Source: Eledone cirrhosa (lineage: Eukaryota). From it: 64,000 nucleotides of DNA. Positions within the stretch are counted from its first letter, which is position 1, and each line of letters begins with the position of its first letter. Location: the NCBI GenBank assembly GCA_964016885.1, contig OZ024747.1, forward strand, positions 61,876,001-61,940,000, read 5' to 3'. The notes under the pieces were generated by a model. That model was given only the letters and a program-made list of their open reading frames with translations. It searched no databases and was not told where the DNA came from. The position numbers and the translations under genes are program-made. This document shows, one piece after another, positions 32,396 to 45,715 of the stretch.

Positions 32396-34057
32396 TATAA
32401 AAGGGCATCCATCTGTAGTAAACCACACTAAATATGGTATGTAAGGGCAAGACATGGTTCCCTGACCAGTCTAGTACAGGACCATGATAACCTGACCAAC
32501 CCATGCCAGCATGGAATGTAGATGTAAAATGATGATAAAGGCTAGGTTATTTGGGTTATTTCTATCTCCAGATTTTTATATTTGGATAATTTCTCCATTT
32601 CCTTAATAGATATATCATCTGTGGAGACTGACACATCAATTAGAAGGCCTTTCGTTTCTTAATGATCTTTGAATATCTGGTCAATTGCCTTATTATTATT
32701 TAAAAGAAATCAGCATCATTATCGTCATTCCTTTTACGTTCTGAGTTCAAATCCTACTGAGGTTAGCTTTGCCTTTCATCCTTACAGGGTCAAAAGAATA
32801 AAGTACCAGTAATGGGGTTGATTTAATTGACTTTCCCCTCCCCCAAAATTGTTGGCCTTGAGCCTTAATCAGAAATCATTATTTGACAGTATTGGTAGAG
32901 CGTCAGACACCTTGCTTTGCAGCAAATAAAATAAAGGACCAGTAATGCACTGGGGTAATTGCTGACCTTGACCCTAAACTAAAAACCATTATTATTATGC
33001 AATCTTTTCTACTCTGCAGACTTAACAAAACTTATTTCAGAGAATCATTAAAGCATCAAATGAATCTATTCCAGCTCTTTGTATTTTGAGTTCAAACCCT
33101 ACCAAGATCAACTTTGACTTTCATTCTTCCAGGTTCATCGTTTTTTATTTTCGTTTTTACATCCACTTTTCCATGCTCACATGGGTTGGATGGGTCCTTC
33201 TCAGCACAGCATCTCTCCACTTGTTCCATTCCTTCATCATCTCCTCTGCCAATCTTAACGATTTGAGGTCAGCTCTCACAACCTCTGCCCAGGTCTTTCT
33301 TGGTCATCCTCTATTGTGGCTTCCTTCCACTGGGATTTCCTGGCATTTCTTAAATAAAATATCAGTCTAGGGTGGTGGACTGGTAAACTTGTCAAGTGTT
33401 GGATGCGATAGTATTTGTTCCAGCTTTTTGCATTTTGAGTTCAAATTTGGCTGTCGCTTATTTGTGAGGCAGACTTGACCTGTCATGTCATTTGGTTTCA
33501 CCCCTTGACCCTTGGATACCTTTAGTTGAATCTACTCTGTTGCAAGCATTCCAGTCAGGTCTTTATTTTAATGATATCTTTCTCTCTCCATCTCTCCTTC
33601 CCTCTCACCAATCTTAGAGGACCTATAAAGGGTGATAGGCACTGACCCCTACTGCCACTGACTAGCTGATAAACTAAATAAAATTAAATCCCCCCAAAAA
33701 ACAAACATATTATTAGAATTTGGTTTTTCATTCTAACATTCGTGAGTTTTAAATCTAGAACAAAAAGATGGCAATGGGCACCTAAAAACATAGCATAATG
33801 AGGCTGTTTGCTTGAAAATGAATTGAATAAACATATTAACCCTTTAGCATTTACATTACTCTATATATACTATTATATTTTTGTGGTAAATAATATAGAA
33901 TCTATGAGATTTTGATACTGATGTCAAGTATTTTTCTCAAAATAAGTATGAGCAGCCTGAAAGAGGTGAGAGAATTCTGGCCAGATATGGATGGTTTAAA
34001 TGTTAAAGGTTTAATGTTATTGTTTAATATGATAGAGTAGAATCATGGAATACTGAC

Positions 34058-34179
34058 CAGCCAGAGTTTTCTTCAAGTGTTGATAATTACAGCTGGTGGG
34101 AATTGGAAATGGCCACTGGAACTGAAGATGAACCTCTCTCACAGCCATTACAAAGTCTTCAACTTTGGCAGCGCGTAAC
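34058..34179 (-). CDS. RIC1: RIC1 coding exon (RLRAAKVEDFVMAVREVHLQFQWPFPI..)
   Basis: AG 34180-81, GT 34056-57, phase 2 to 1. Resembles RIC1 [27 protein letters not shown], recalled from memory. Confidence 0.9.
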
Positions 34180-35261
34180 CTGGAATTAGAAAAACAAACA
34201 TGTGAAGAAAAAGCTATGATTATATACATAAGCCTTACAAATAGAAGACAGAGTAGAAATGGAGGAGTTTAGTTCATTATTTAACCCTTCAGCATTTACA
34301 TTACTCTATATATATTATTGTATTTTTGTAGTAAAGGCTTTATCTCACATAATATCAAATCTATGAGATTTGGATGATATTTATTTCAAGAACAATACCT
34401 TAACATTGATATGAGTAACTGGTTACAACCAGTTTGAACAGAAAGAGGTGAGAGAATTCTGGCAAGATACAGCCGGTTTAAATAACAGAATTAAGATAGC
34501 TACCCAGATAGAACATTTACAATAACCAAGTCAAATGATGAAGATTTTTTTTACACTCAGACTAGACATAAAAACGATGATGTTATATAGACTGTACTGA
34601 TTGTGTTGTTATTTGTGTGTGTGTGTGTGGTGTGTATGTGTATATATATATATACATATATACACACATATATATATATAAATACACACACATACATAAA
34701 CATCCATTATTACAGAACTATTTCGGAAACAATAAATGTTTCCATTATTTCATCATCATTAGAGCTATGGCCTATTACACTCTGAGTTCAAATCCTGCCA
34801 AAGTTAGCTTTGCCTCTCATCTTTACAGGGTTGGTGAAATAAAGTACCAGTAATGCACTGGAGTTGATTTAAACGACTTTCCCCTCCCCACAAATTGTTG
34901 GCCTTGTACCTAAATCAGAAACCATTATTTCACCATCATTTGTAATTTGCTATTCTATGTTGGCATGGGTTTGGGCAAGACTTTTTGAGGCAATTTTTCT
35001 ACAACTAGATGCCTTTCCTGTCATCAACCTTCACTTATAAGTATGGCGTCTGCTACTCATCTTCATCAAGCTGCTATACTGAAAACTCTATTGTTTATGT
35101 GAGGCAGAAACAAATGACACTGCTTACAGTAAACCTTCTCTATATAGTGATACATGTGTTAAACTAACATACATATATACATACACATAATTATCATCAT
35201 CAGTTTACATCTATTTTCCTATGCTTGCATGGGCTAGATATATATATATATATATATATAT

Positions 35262-35598
35262 ATGTTTGAAAAAAAGGAAAAGAATGACTTCACTTGTAGT
35301 TCTAAATGTGTCAAAAGTAGAAACAATTATAATAAGTTGATAGATCTAGTAAGTTCTTTGTAAACTTCGGTAGGAAGATTTTAAAGATTCCTGGTAAACT
35401 TTCCTGGAGAACTTTCTAGTTTGACAATCGCCACCAACGAATGCGAGAAAGTTCTCCAGGAAAGTTAACCAGAAATCTTCTCACCGAAGTTAACAAAGAA
35501 CTTACTAGATCTACCAACTCAATATTATAATATTATAAATTTAAATCAAATTGTTTAGAACTATAAGTGAAGTCATTCTTTTCCTTTTTTCAAATATA
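35262..35598. mobile_element. Fold-back cassette in a TA tract without a canonical hammerhead core
   Basis: Arms about 35262-35418 and 35446-35598 plus a short tail to about 35631; TA repeats on both sides. Confidence 0.7.
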
Positions 35599-36056
35599 CC
35601 TAACTGTACCAAGGATTTCACACTTTTTCCAATATATATATATATAATATATACATACACTTGAATATGTGAGGGAAATAAGTTGAATAAAATCAAATCC
35701 CTGGTTCTGAATAGGTACACCATATTCCTGCATGTCATAACAGGTGATAAAAAGGGTTGACAACAGAAAGGGCATCTAGCTGTAAAACATTGCCTTAAAA
35801 GAAGAGCCATACAATGAGTAGGATTGATCCATTCATGGGTCCCACAAGACTAACCCTGTCTTATCAGGGAAAATGACCTTAAAATGCTTGTTATTGATGT
35901 GGTTCTATCATTTGTTATTGCTTGCTTCTTTCTATAATTGTTTCTACTCATTTGTTTTTTTAAATAATGGGTTCTAATGTCGGCACAGGCCAGAAATTTT
36001 AGGGAAAGGAGAAATTCAATTACCCCCCCCCCCCCCCCCCCAATACTCAATTGGTA

Positions 36057-36228
36057 CCGTATTTCCTGGCATCGAAGACGCTACTTTTTTCCTAAAATAT
36101 GTCTCAAAAATCTACCATGCTTCCTGGAGGCCAAAGGCTGTTAATTTTTTTATTTTTTTATTATTTTTGGTTGTCAAAATTAGGGTGCATCCTCGAGGAC
36201 GAAGTGTCTTTGGCACCAGGAAATATGG
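36057..36228. mobile_element. Tc1/mariner (pogo/Tigger-like) MITE inserted into a SINE
   Basis: TIRs CCGTATTTCCTGG / CCAGGAAATATGG with a TA duplication. Interrupts the SINE motif TGGTA|CTTTATTTATCGA. Confidence 0.75.
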
Positions 36229-37129
36229 TACTTTATTTATCGATTCTATAAGGATAAAGGGCAAAGTTGACCTTGGCAATATTTTGAATTCAGAAAGTCA
36301 GCAGCCTGGACAACACACTTAAAAACATTTTGTCCAACCAAAAAAAAACTCTAGCTTGATTTGGTGGACAACAACAACAAAAAAACAAACCTCTAGCAAA
36401 TCTGATTGACCAGTAGAGGTGATGTAAATATTTTCCAGACGGAACTAAAATAGTTATTGATATATAACACATTTATACTTATCTTACACCATCTTTGTCT
36501 CACAGCCACAGAACAATATCCAGTTTGGTAAAAGGCTTTATCAAATCAGTTTTCTATCTGACACTAATACTCTTTCTAATACAGGTTCTTTGTCACCATT
36601 CTCTCTCTCTCTCTTCCCTCTTTGTCAATCTCTTTCTTTCTCAGTTACCATTCTCTCTCTCTCTCTCTCACACACACACATACATCTCTTTCTGTCACCC
36701 TCTCTCTCTCCCTCTCACACACACACACACAACATCTCTCTTTGTCTCCCTATCGCTTTGTCACCATTATCTCTCTCTTTCTCACACACACACACACACA
36801 ATATCTCTCTTTGTCTCTCTATCTCTTTGTCACCATTCTTTCTCTCTCTCTCTCTCTCTTTGCCACCTTTCTGTTTCTCTCTTTCTCACACACACACACA
36901 AAACAACAACAACAGCCACAACAACAGCAATAAAACCTGACACAGTTAAGCAGCACCTTCAGCTTTCCCCATTCGTCTTATCACATTTGCAGGACAATAA
37001 TTGTTAAATTAATAACGTTATCTTGCAACTGATAATCTTGTTCCCATCACTTGGAGTCACTTCAGCATTGCTTGACGCGAGCAAATTGGGATTTATGGAA
37101 ATTCATCACAAAATCAAAACTAAGAAAAG

Positions 37130-37530
37130 GAAACTGATGAGGATGATGATGGTGATCATGACTGATCAAACTGAAGGTGGTAATGATGATGTAACTGGAA
37201 ATGGTAATGATAGTAGTGATGATGGTAGTGGTGGTGGTGGTGTAACTGAAGTGGTAATGATGATGGTGGTGGTGGTAGTGGTAATGGTGGTGGTGGTGTT
37301 GGTGGTGGTGGTGTAACTGAAGTGGCAATGATGATGATGGTGGTGGTGTTGGTGGTGTAACTGAAGTGGCATTGATGAAGATGATGATGATGGTGGTGGT
37401 GGTGTAACTGAAGTGGCAATGGTGGTGATGGTGGTGGTGGCGGTGTAACTGAAGTGGAAATGATGGTGATGGTGATGGTGATGATGGTGGTGGTGGTGGT
37501 GTAACTGAAGAGGCAATGATGATGATGAAA
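37130..37530. repeat. Compound repeat: GTAACTGAAGTGG anchors separated by (GAT/GGT)n
   Basis: About 8 recurrences visible. Confidence 0.8.
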
Positions 37531-37639
37531 CAGATACATTCTCATTTAACAATCTGGAATATTTGACAGTCAGAAGATGAAGAAGATAAAAAAATGATTT
37601 GAAAGTTCTGTTGCTAATTTAAAGGTAGTCATGGTGACT

Positions 37640-40040
37640 GAAGGAGATATGTTATAAAGGAAGGAGATTTACAGGTTATGAAGGAAGGAGATATACAGGT
37701 TATGAAGGAAGGAGATATACATGTTATGAAGGAAGGAGATTTACATGTTATGAAGGAAGGAAATTTACATGTTATGAAGGAAGGAGATTTACAGGTTATG
37801 AAGGAAGGAGATTTACAGGTTATGAAGGAAGGAGATTTACAGGTTATGAAGGAAGGAGATTTACATGTTATGAAGGAAGGAGATTTACAGGTTATGAAGG
37901 AAGGAGATTTACAGGTTATGAAGGAAGGAGATTTACAGGTTATGAAGGAAGGAGATTTACAGGTTATGAAGGAAGGAGATTTACAGGTTATGAAGGAAGG
38001 AGATTTACATGTTATGAAGGAAGGAGATATACATGTTATGAAGGAAGGAGATTTACAGGTTATGAAGGAAGGAGATTTACATGTTATAAAGGAAGGAGAT
38101 ATACAGGTTATGAAGGAAGGAGATTTAGATGTTATGAAGGAAGGAGATTTACAGGTTATGAAGGAAGGAGATTTACATGTTATGAAGGAAGGAGATTTAC
38201 AGGTTATGAAGGAAGGAGATTTACATGTTATGAAGGAAGGAGATTTACAGGTTATGAAGGAAGGAGATTTACAGGTTATGAAGGAAGGAGATTTACAGGT
38301 TATGAAGGAAGGAGATTTACAGGTTATGAAGGAAGGAGATTTACATGTTAAGAAGGAAGGAGATTTAGATGTTATGAAGGAAGGAGATTTAGATGTTATG
38401 AAGGAAGGAGATTTACAGGTTATGAAGGAAGGAGATATACATGTTATGAAGGAAGGAGATATACATGTTATGAAGGAAGGAGATATACATGTTATGAAGG
38501 AAGGAGATTTACATGTTATGAAGGAAGGAGATATACATGTTATGAAGGAAGGAGATTTACAGGTTATGAAGGAAGGAGATTTACAGGTTATGAAGGAAGG
38601 AGATTTACAGGTTATGAAGGAAGGAGATTTACAGGTTATGAAGGAAGGAGATTTACAGGTTATGAAGGAAGGAGATTTACAGGTTATGAAGGAAGGAGAT
38701 TTACAGGTTATGAAGGAAGGAGATTTACATGTTATGAAGGAAGGAGATATACAGGTTATGAAGGAAGGAGATTTACAGGTTATGAAGGAAGGAGATTTAC
38801 ATGTTATGAAGGAAGGAGATTTACATGTTATGAAGGAAGGAGATTTACAGGTTATGAAGGAAGGAGATTTACATGTTATGAAGGAAGGAGATTTACATGT
38901 TATGAAGGAAGGAGATATACATGTTATGAAGGAAGGAGATCTACAGGTTATGAAGGAAGGAGATTTACAGGTTATGAAGGAAGGAGATTTACAGGTTATG
39001 AAGGAAGGAGATTTACAGGTTATGAAGGAAGGAGATTTACAGGTTATGAAGGAAGGAGATTTACATGTTATGAAGGAAGGAGATTTACATGTTATGAAGG
39101 AAGGAGATATACATGTTATGAAGGAAGGAGATTTACAGGTTATGAAGGAAGGAGATTTACAGGTTATGAAGGAAGGAGATTTACAGGTTATGAAGGAAGG
39201 AGATTTACAGGTTATGAAGGAAGGAGATTTACAGGTTATGAAGGAAGGAGATTTACATGTTATGAAGGAAGGAGATTTACATGTTATGAAGGAAGGAGAT
39301 TTACATGTTATGAAGGAAGGAGATATACATGTTATGAAGGAAGGAGATTTACAGGTTATGAAGGAAGGAGATTTACAGGTTATGAAGGAAGGAGATTTAC
39401 AGGTTATGAAGGAAGGAGATTTACAGGTTATGAAGGAAGGAGATTTACATGTTATGAAGGAAGGAGATTTACAGGTTATGAAGGAAGGAGATTTACAGGT
39501 TATGAAGGAAGGAGATTTACAGGTTATGAAGGAAGGAGATTTACATGTTATGAAGGAAGGAGATTTACATGTTATGAAGGAAGGAGATATACATGTTATG
39601 AAGGAAGGAGATCTACAGGTTATGAAGGAAGGAGATTTACAGGTTATGAAGGAAGGAGATTTACAGGTTATGAAGGAAGGAGATTTACAGGTTATGAAGG
39701 AAGGAGATTTACATGTTATGAAGGAAGGAGATTTACATGTTATGAAGGAAGGAGATATACATGTTATGAAGGAAGGAGATTTACAGGTTATGAAGGAAGG
39801 AGATTTACATGTTATGAAGGAAGGAGATTTACATGTTATGAAGGAAGGAGATTTACATGTTATGAAGGAAGGAGATTTACAGGTTATGAAGGAAGGAGAT
39901 TTACAGGTTATGAAGGAAAGAGATTTACATGTTATGAAGGAAGGAGATATACAGGTTATGAAGGAAGGAGATTTACATGTTATGAAGGAAGGAGATTTAG
40001 ATGTTATGAAGGAAGGAGATTTACAGGTTATGAAGGAAAA
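37640..40040. repeat. 24-bp minisatellite, about 100 units (GTTATGAAGGAAGGAGATTTACAG)
   Basis: Homogeneous tandem array with a degenerate continuation to about 40620. Confidence 0.97.
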
Positions 40041-40326
40041 GATTTGTATGAACTAATGAAGGAGATATACATGTTAAAAAGGAATGAGATATAGGTGTAA
40101 TGAAGGAAAAGATCTTGTACAAAGCAATGAAGGAGATATATATGTTAAGAAGGAAAAGATTTGTTGAAAGTAATGAATGAGATATACATGTTAAAGAAGC
40201 AATCTTGCATGAATGAGATTTTCATGTTAAGAAGGAAAATACTTGTATAAACTATTGAATGAGATATTCATGTTATGAAGAAATGAAATTTACATGGTAA
40301 GAAAGAAACATTTTGTACAAAGTAAT

Positions 40327-40506
40327 TGTTTCTACTTTAGGCACAAGGCCAGCAATTACCCAGTACATTACTGGTACTTTATTTTATCGACCCCGTAAGG
40401 ATGAAAGGTAAAGTTAACCTCGGCGGGATTTGAACTCAGACTGTAAAGGGACGTAACTATGCTAGAAAGCATGGCGTCCAACCCTCTACCGATACTGCCA
40501 ATTCAC
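40327..40506 (-). mobile_element. SINE (Nin/Deu-like central domain) with 11-bp TSD
   Basis: TACAAAGTAAT at 40316-40326 and 40507-40517. Minus strand has a B-box GAGTTCAAATCCC and CCTTTCATCCTTACGGGGTCGATAAA. Confidence 0.8.
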
Positions 40507-41139
40507 TACAAAGTAATGAAGGAGATACACATGTTAAGAAGAAATGAGATATTCATGTTGAGAAGGAAAGTACTTGTATAAACTAATGAAAGAGATATAC
40601 AATGTTACAAAGGAAACATCTTAGGAAAGTAAAAAAAAAAAAAAAAAAAAACCCTATTAAACAACTCTGATCCTGTATTTCTGATGTTTTCACAGTTGTT
40701 ATATTCTCAATTACAATGATTTATAGCAAGGTTTTAACTGATTGCTAGCTGGGGGACATTAAATGATGATGATGATGGTGATGGTGATTCCACTTTTACT
40801 GGTTTCTGTCATTTAACTGTGGCTTGTGAGTTTTAGTGGATCATTTTGACCAATGGAACAGCCTGCTCATGAAATTAACATGCAAGTGGCTGAGCATTCC
40901 CCAGACATGTTTACACTCAACATAGTTATCAGTGTGTGACAAGGCTGGCCTTTTGAATCATAGCTACAACTCATTTCTGCCAGTTGAGTGGATTGGACCA
41001 ATGTCAAATGAAATGACATGCTCAATGTTACAACACACGGCCATTAATTGAACTTATGACCTTATTAGCTGAACCCCCTAACCACTAGGCCACATGCTTT
41101 CACTTAACAAAAAAAAAAAAAATTCTATAGAAATATAAT

Positions 41140-41325
41140 TGTTTCTACTTTTGGCACAAGGCCAGCAATTACCCAGTATACATTACTGGTACTTTATTTT
41201 ATCGACCCCGTAAGGATGAAAGGCAAAGTTAACCTCGGTGGGATTTGAACTCAGAATGGCAAGGGCCGTAACTATGTGTCAAAGCATGGCATCCGACCTT
41301 CTACCGATACTGCCAATTCACTGCC
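41140..41325 (-). mobile_element. SINE of the same family with 15-bp TSD
   Basis: CTATAGAAATATAAT at 41125-41139 and 41326-41340; closely similar to 40327-40506. Further copies lie near 18570, 32740, 34770, 55100 and 58025. Confidence 0.85.
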
Positions 41326-42202
41326 CTATAGAAATATAATACACACAGATTTGTTAAAAAAAATGGAGCTAAGTGATTGAATTTTATATATGTCTGTGTA
41401 TGATATGAAGACAGCTCTTTTTTAAATAATAATTTTTGAAGACAGAGATTGTAAGTTTATATCTATGCCTTCAGCTATTTTTCTATGGATTTTGTCTTTG
41501 ATATTATACAGGATTGTTGTGTTAATTTTTGTAAGAGTAAAAATGGTGAGATCACAGCCTTCTCTGACAGGTAGGTGAGTTGAGAAATGCCTAAGGCTCA
41601 TACAACTTTCAGAATTCTGGTTTATATTTGAAAACATCTTTCACAGGTTCTCTCCAACTGACAAAAAACAAAAAAACTGAAGTTCACAATGATCGACTAA
41701 CACTTAAAGGCAATGCCCCAACATAGCCACATTTAAATGACAGAAACCAGTGAAAGTGTAATCATCATCATCATCGTTTAATGTCCATTTTCCCAGCTAA
41801 CAAGAGTTGGACATGACGTTCACAGATCAATCAGTACCAAAGGAAAGTCTCTGACCTCCACATGGGCCAGGGTTCCAACACACAATCCTGCACTCTACTG
41901 AATGAATTGTATCATGAAGGTGTGTGGTTTAGTGGTTAAAGGATTGGATTCACAATCGTGAGGTTATGAGTTCAATTCTCAGACCGAGAGATGCATTATC
42001 TCCTTGAACAAGATACTTTGTTGCATGTTGCTCATTTTGCCAGGAGCTGCAACTGGTAATAGTATCAGCACTGGAAAAAAACCAATGAAAACATTATTTC
42101 CTAGGTTTGATTTAATGAGTTCCACCCCACTCAGTAAAGTGAATGAAGTCTGGAATCTTGTCGATCAATCATAAATAATTAATTAAATAATAGGAATATT
42201 AC

Positions 42203-42397
42203 CTTTCTTTCCTAAGCCATCGTATAATCTCAAAATCATCCATGTTAGCTGCAAACATACCGAGATCTCTAAGGCGGTGAGAGGAGAGCAGCTTCCTAGC
42301 ATGTTGATCTAGAATGTTATCAATACAAAACTGGTCACTGATTTCTTCCTTAGTACGAGAGTTCCTGCTGGAAGATAATGATAGATTCAAGTTAATT
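42203..42397 (-). CDS. RIC1: RIC1 coding exon (..IDNILDQHARKLLSSHRLRDLGMFAANMDDFEIIRWLRKER)
   Basis: AG 42398-99, GT 42201-02, phase 2 to 2. Strongly resembles RIC1 [40 protein letters not shown], recalled from memory. Confidence 0.92.
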
Positions 42398-42579
42398 CTG
42401 GTACAGAAGAATTAATGGAAAATAAAAACATCAACAACATCAACAACAAAATGAAAGGGATTACTATTGCTAGATAATAAATTGTCGTTAACTACCAATC
42501 TCCGTGTAACACACACATAAACACATACAAACACATATATACACATGTGCACAGAGACAATAATATATATATACATACA

Positions 42580-42632
<53 letters not shown>

Positions 42633-42655
42633 AAAGAATAGACACACAAGTTATG

Positions 42656-43035
42656 ATATATTGGTAAACGGAATAGAAAATGCTGACAAATTGTTCACAG
42701 TGAAAAATAGTTTAATTAGGAATAAGTGAGAATAAGTAATAGTATTGGTTAGTATTCAGTTTTGGTTTTTAGTTTTACCGGTTGCGCATTTCTAATGCTT
42801 TTCAAAAATAATTTTGAGATAGAGCGTCCGTGATGTTTGCTCTGATCTGAGCAAACATCACGGACGCTCTATCTCAAAATTATTTTTGAAAAGCATTAGA
42901 AATGCGCAACCGGTAAAACTAAAAACCAAAACTGAATACTAACCAATACTATTACTTATTCTCACTTATTCCTAATTAAACTATTTTTCACTGTGAACAA
43001 TTTGTCAGCATTTTCTATTCCGTTTACCAATATAT
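42656..43035. mobile_element. Near-perfect palindrome with about 185-bp arms in a TA tract
   Basis: 42656-42842 is the reverse complement of 42849-43035 with a 6-nt spacer TGATCT; no mismatches seen by eye. Confidence 0.9.
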
Positions 43036-43055
43036 ATATATATATATATTTTTTT

Positions 43056-43235
43056 TTTAATATAGAAACGGCTTCTACAGGACTGTTTCATTCAGAGGAA
43101 ATAATATTATCATGGTGATTTCCTCTGAATAAAACAGTTCTAGTCCTGTATGCCATTTCTATATTAAATATTTATACTCTGCTATGTATTGAGTACCTTA
43201 CTTACTGTGGTTACCCCCGATTGAACCCGGGATAC
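43056..43235 (+). mobile_element. Short fold-back cassette with tail
   Basis: Arms about 43056-43102 and 43118-43169; tail shared with about 28992-29058. Confidence 0.65.
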
Positions 43236-43285
43236 ACACAGACACACATATATATACATATATATACATATATATAGATATATAT

Positions 43286-43903
43286 ATGCTCCGATTGATG
43301 TGTAATAGTAATATACGCGAACGACAAAGCACAAATGAATTGAGAGAAAGACTGAGCATAAGTGGAATCAAATGATGTGTGCAGGAGAGGCAGTTGCGTT
43401 GGTATGGACATGTGATGCGTATGAAGGATGACAGATGCATAAAAAGGTGCAGAGCACTAGAAGTCGATGGAGACCGCGGAGTGGGCAGACCCAAGAAGAC
43501 CTGGGATGAGGTGATAAAAGCCGACCTTACCCAATTACACCTCTCAAAGGTGACCTCTGGCAGTAATACAGAGTACCCGACCTCCCATGGGTACAAGCTG
43601 AAGCATATAGACAATATGCCCCCACACCCCCCACTGCAAGGTGGTCGTGGAGGTGCCACGGCAAAAAAAGCACCCAGCCCACACTGTAAAGTGGACGTGT
43701 AGGCGCCACGAAAAAGCACTCAGCACTCACTGTAAATGAAGTTGGTGTTAGGAAGGGCATCCAGCTGTAGAAATCAAGCCAAATTAGTTCCTGTATGAGC
43801 AAGGCATGGTCAGCCGACCAGACACTGCCCACAACAGGACAACCCGTCTAACCCATGCTAGCGTGGAAGAACGGACGTAAAACGGTGATGATGATGATGA
43901 TGA
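43286..43903 (+). mobile_element. 5'-truncated RTE LINE (second subfamily)
   Basis: Encodes [33 protein letters not shown] with an in-frame stop; 3' UTR and (GAT)n tail present. Confidence 0.9.
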
Positions 43904-44228
43904 TCATATATCAGGATTAAACTAGTTAGACCATTATTCAAAAGAGTACTAGATACTTGGGTTAGTAGAGTGTGACCATATTAGAAAGAGTCTGGAACTA
44001 CCTGTTGAAATGGTAAGAGCTTAGCCGTCGGGCCCTGACTCTTTCTAATGTATGTGTGTATAGGACTAGCGTTCGAAACGTTAAGACCTCCTTCCTGCTA
44101 TTTCAAGTGTTAAACTAATATATTTCTTCCATATACTGTACCAATTGTGTTGTTATTTCTGTTTACCTTTTACATACATATATCTACGCATAATATACAT
44201 ACAAAAACAAATATATATATGTATATAT

Positions 44229-44259
<31 letters not shown>

Positions 44260-44519
44260 CACACATGCAATCACAATGAGTTTTTATTCTACTCCTTTAG
44301 AAAACAGTAGCCATGTATTGATACACACTTCTGTGTACTCACAGACATGTGCATACAGACTCACAACTGCACGTACACAGATGCATACATGTAGGTACAC
44401 ACAGACACATATAAGACATACATACACATATGTACATACAGAGACATGCATATACACAGATACTGTATGTACATATACACACAGATACATGTATGTGTGT
44501 ATATATATATATGTTTTAC

Positions 44520-45715
44520 CTTCACTTTGCCACACAAAAGGCTTATGGCAAAACTCTCTGCAATGGGTGTGAAGGATGATCTTTTTAACTGGTTGAAGTC
44601 CTTCATTCTCAGTCGAAGAGAGGTAGTCACGGTTCTGAGACAGCATTCCTCACCATATGAGATGTCATCTGGTGTACCACAGGGATCTGTTCTTGGCCCC
44701 CTTTTGTTTGTGGCATATATGTTAATGACATAGATGCCAACTTAAAGAATGCCACAGTACTAAAGTACGCAGACGACATCAAGCTGTACCTTGAGATAAA
44801 AAGGACAGATCCTGAACACTATAGATCTTGCTTGCAGTCTGACCTGGACACAATGCAACAATGGATCTCAGACTGGCAACTCAAGCTAGCTGTGGACATG
44901 CATTTTGGGAGTAAAAACCCAGCATCCATATACTCCCTCCACAGCACTAATATCAAGAAGTCTTCTTGTGAACGTGACCTGGGCATTACGGTCAGCAGCG
45001 ATTTGCGTTGGACGAGGCACGTCTCTAAAATTGTCAAGAGGGCCGAGGGTGTCTTAGCATCACTCAGCAAGACCTTTGTCAGCCGCTCTCCAGATATCTA
45101 TTTAAGGCTGTACATGGCTATGGTGCGACCACACTTAGAATTTGCATCTGGAACCCCTATCTTGCTCAGAACATTGACCGCCTGGAAACTGTTCAGAGAC
45201 GTGCAACCAAGCGAATACCCTTCATCAGGCATCTACCATACTCTGAGTGCCTTGCTTCCCTGGGCATGGATACATTGAAGCTCTGACGCCTGGCAACTGA
45301 CTTGGTAAACACCCACAAAATTGTTAACCATGTTGCCAACAACAACCCTGAGTACCTTTTTGATTTCCATGTGTCTAACACACGTGGACATGCCCACAAA
45401 GTCAGAAAACAGCACAGTTCCCATGACTTTCGGAAACATTTTTTCACGCTCAGAGTTGCTGAAGCATGGAACAAACTACCTGCATCAGTTGTTAGCTGTC
45501 GAGAAACTGCATCCTTTAAGGCCACCATGCTTCCCGAGATCCGCCAACACTACAGCTAATGTTCCCTCTCCATACACATACCCACATGTTTACCATGACT
45601 CGTACACTATTCACTTCCCTGACATTTGTGTATTATTCTATGTACTATACATACACCTTTGACGAGTTGTAGTGCACCTGAGCACTTTACACAATAATTT
45701 CATTATTATCATTAT
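44520..45715 (+). pseudogene. CR1/L2-type LINE RT remnant, frameshifted
   Basis: SGVPQGSVLGPLLF, KYADDIKLY, LQSDL, ERDLGI, VRPHLEFA and TRGH..FFTLRVAEAWNKLP spread across frames; (ATT)n-like tail. Confidence 0.88.

Noticed and set aside
31197-32455. CRISPR-like array or repeat-protein ORFs
   Set aside because: Head-to-tail repeats without unique spacers, no cas genes, eukaryotic context.
36495-37552. His/Thr/Pro-rich and Ser/Leu-rich ORFs
   Set aside because: Derived from (GAT/GGT)n and (CT)/(CA) simple repeats.
37678-40056. 792-aa MKEGDLQV repeat protein
   Set aside because: Coincides exactly with a 24-bp minisatellite in an intron, antisense to RIC1, with no unique coding flanks.
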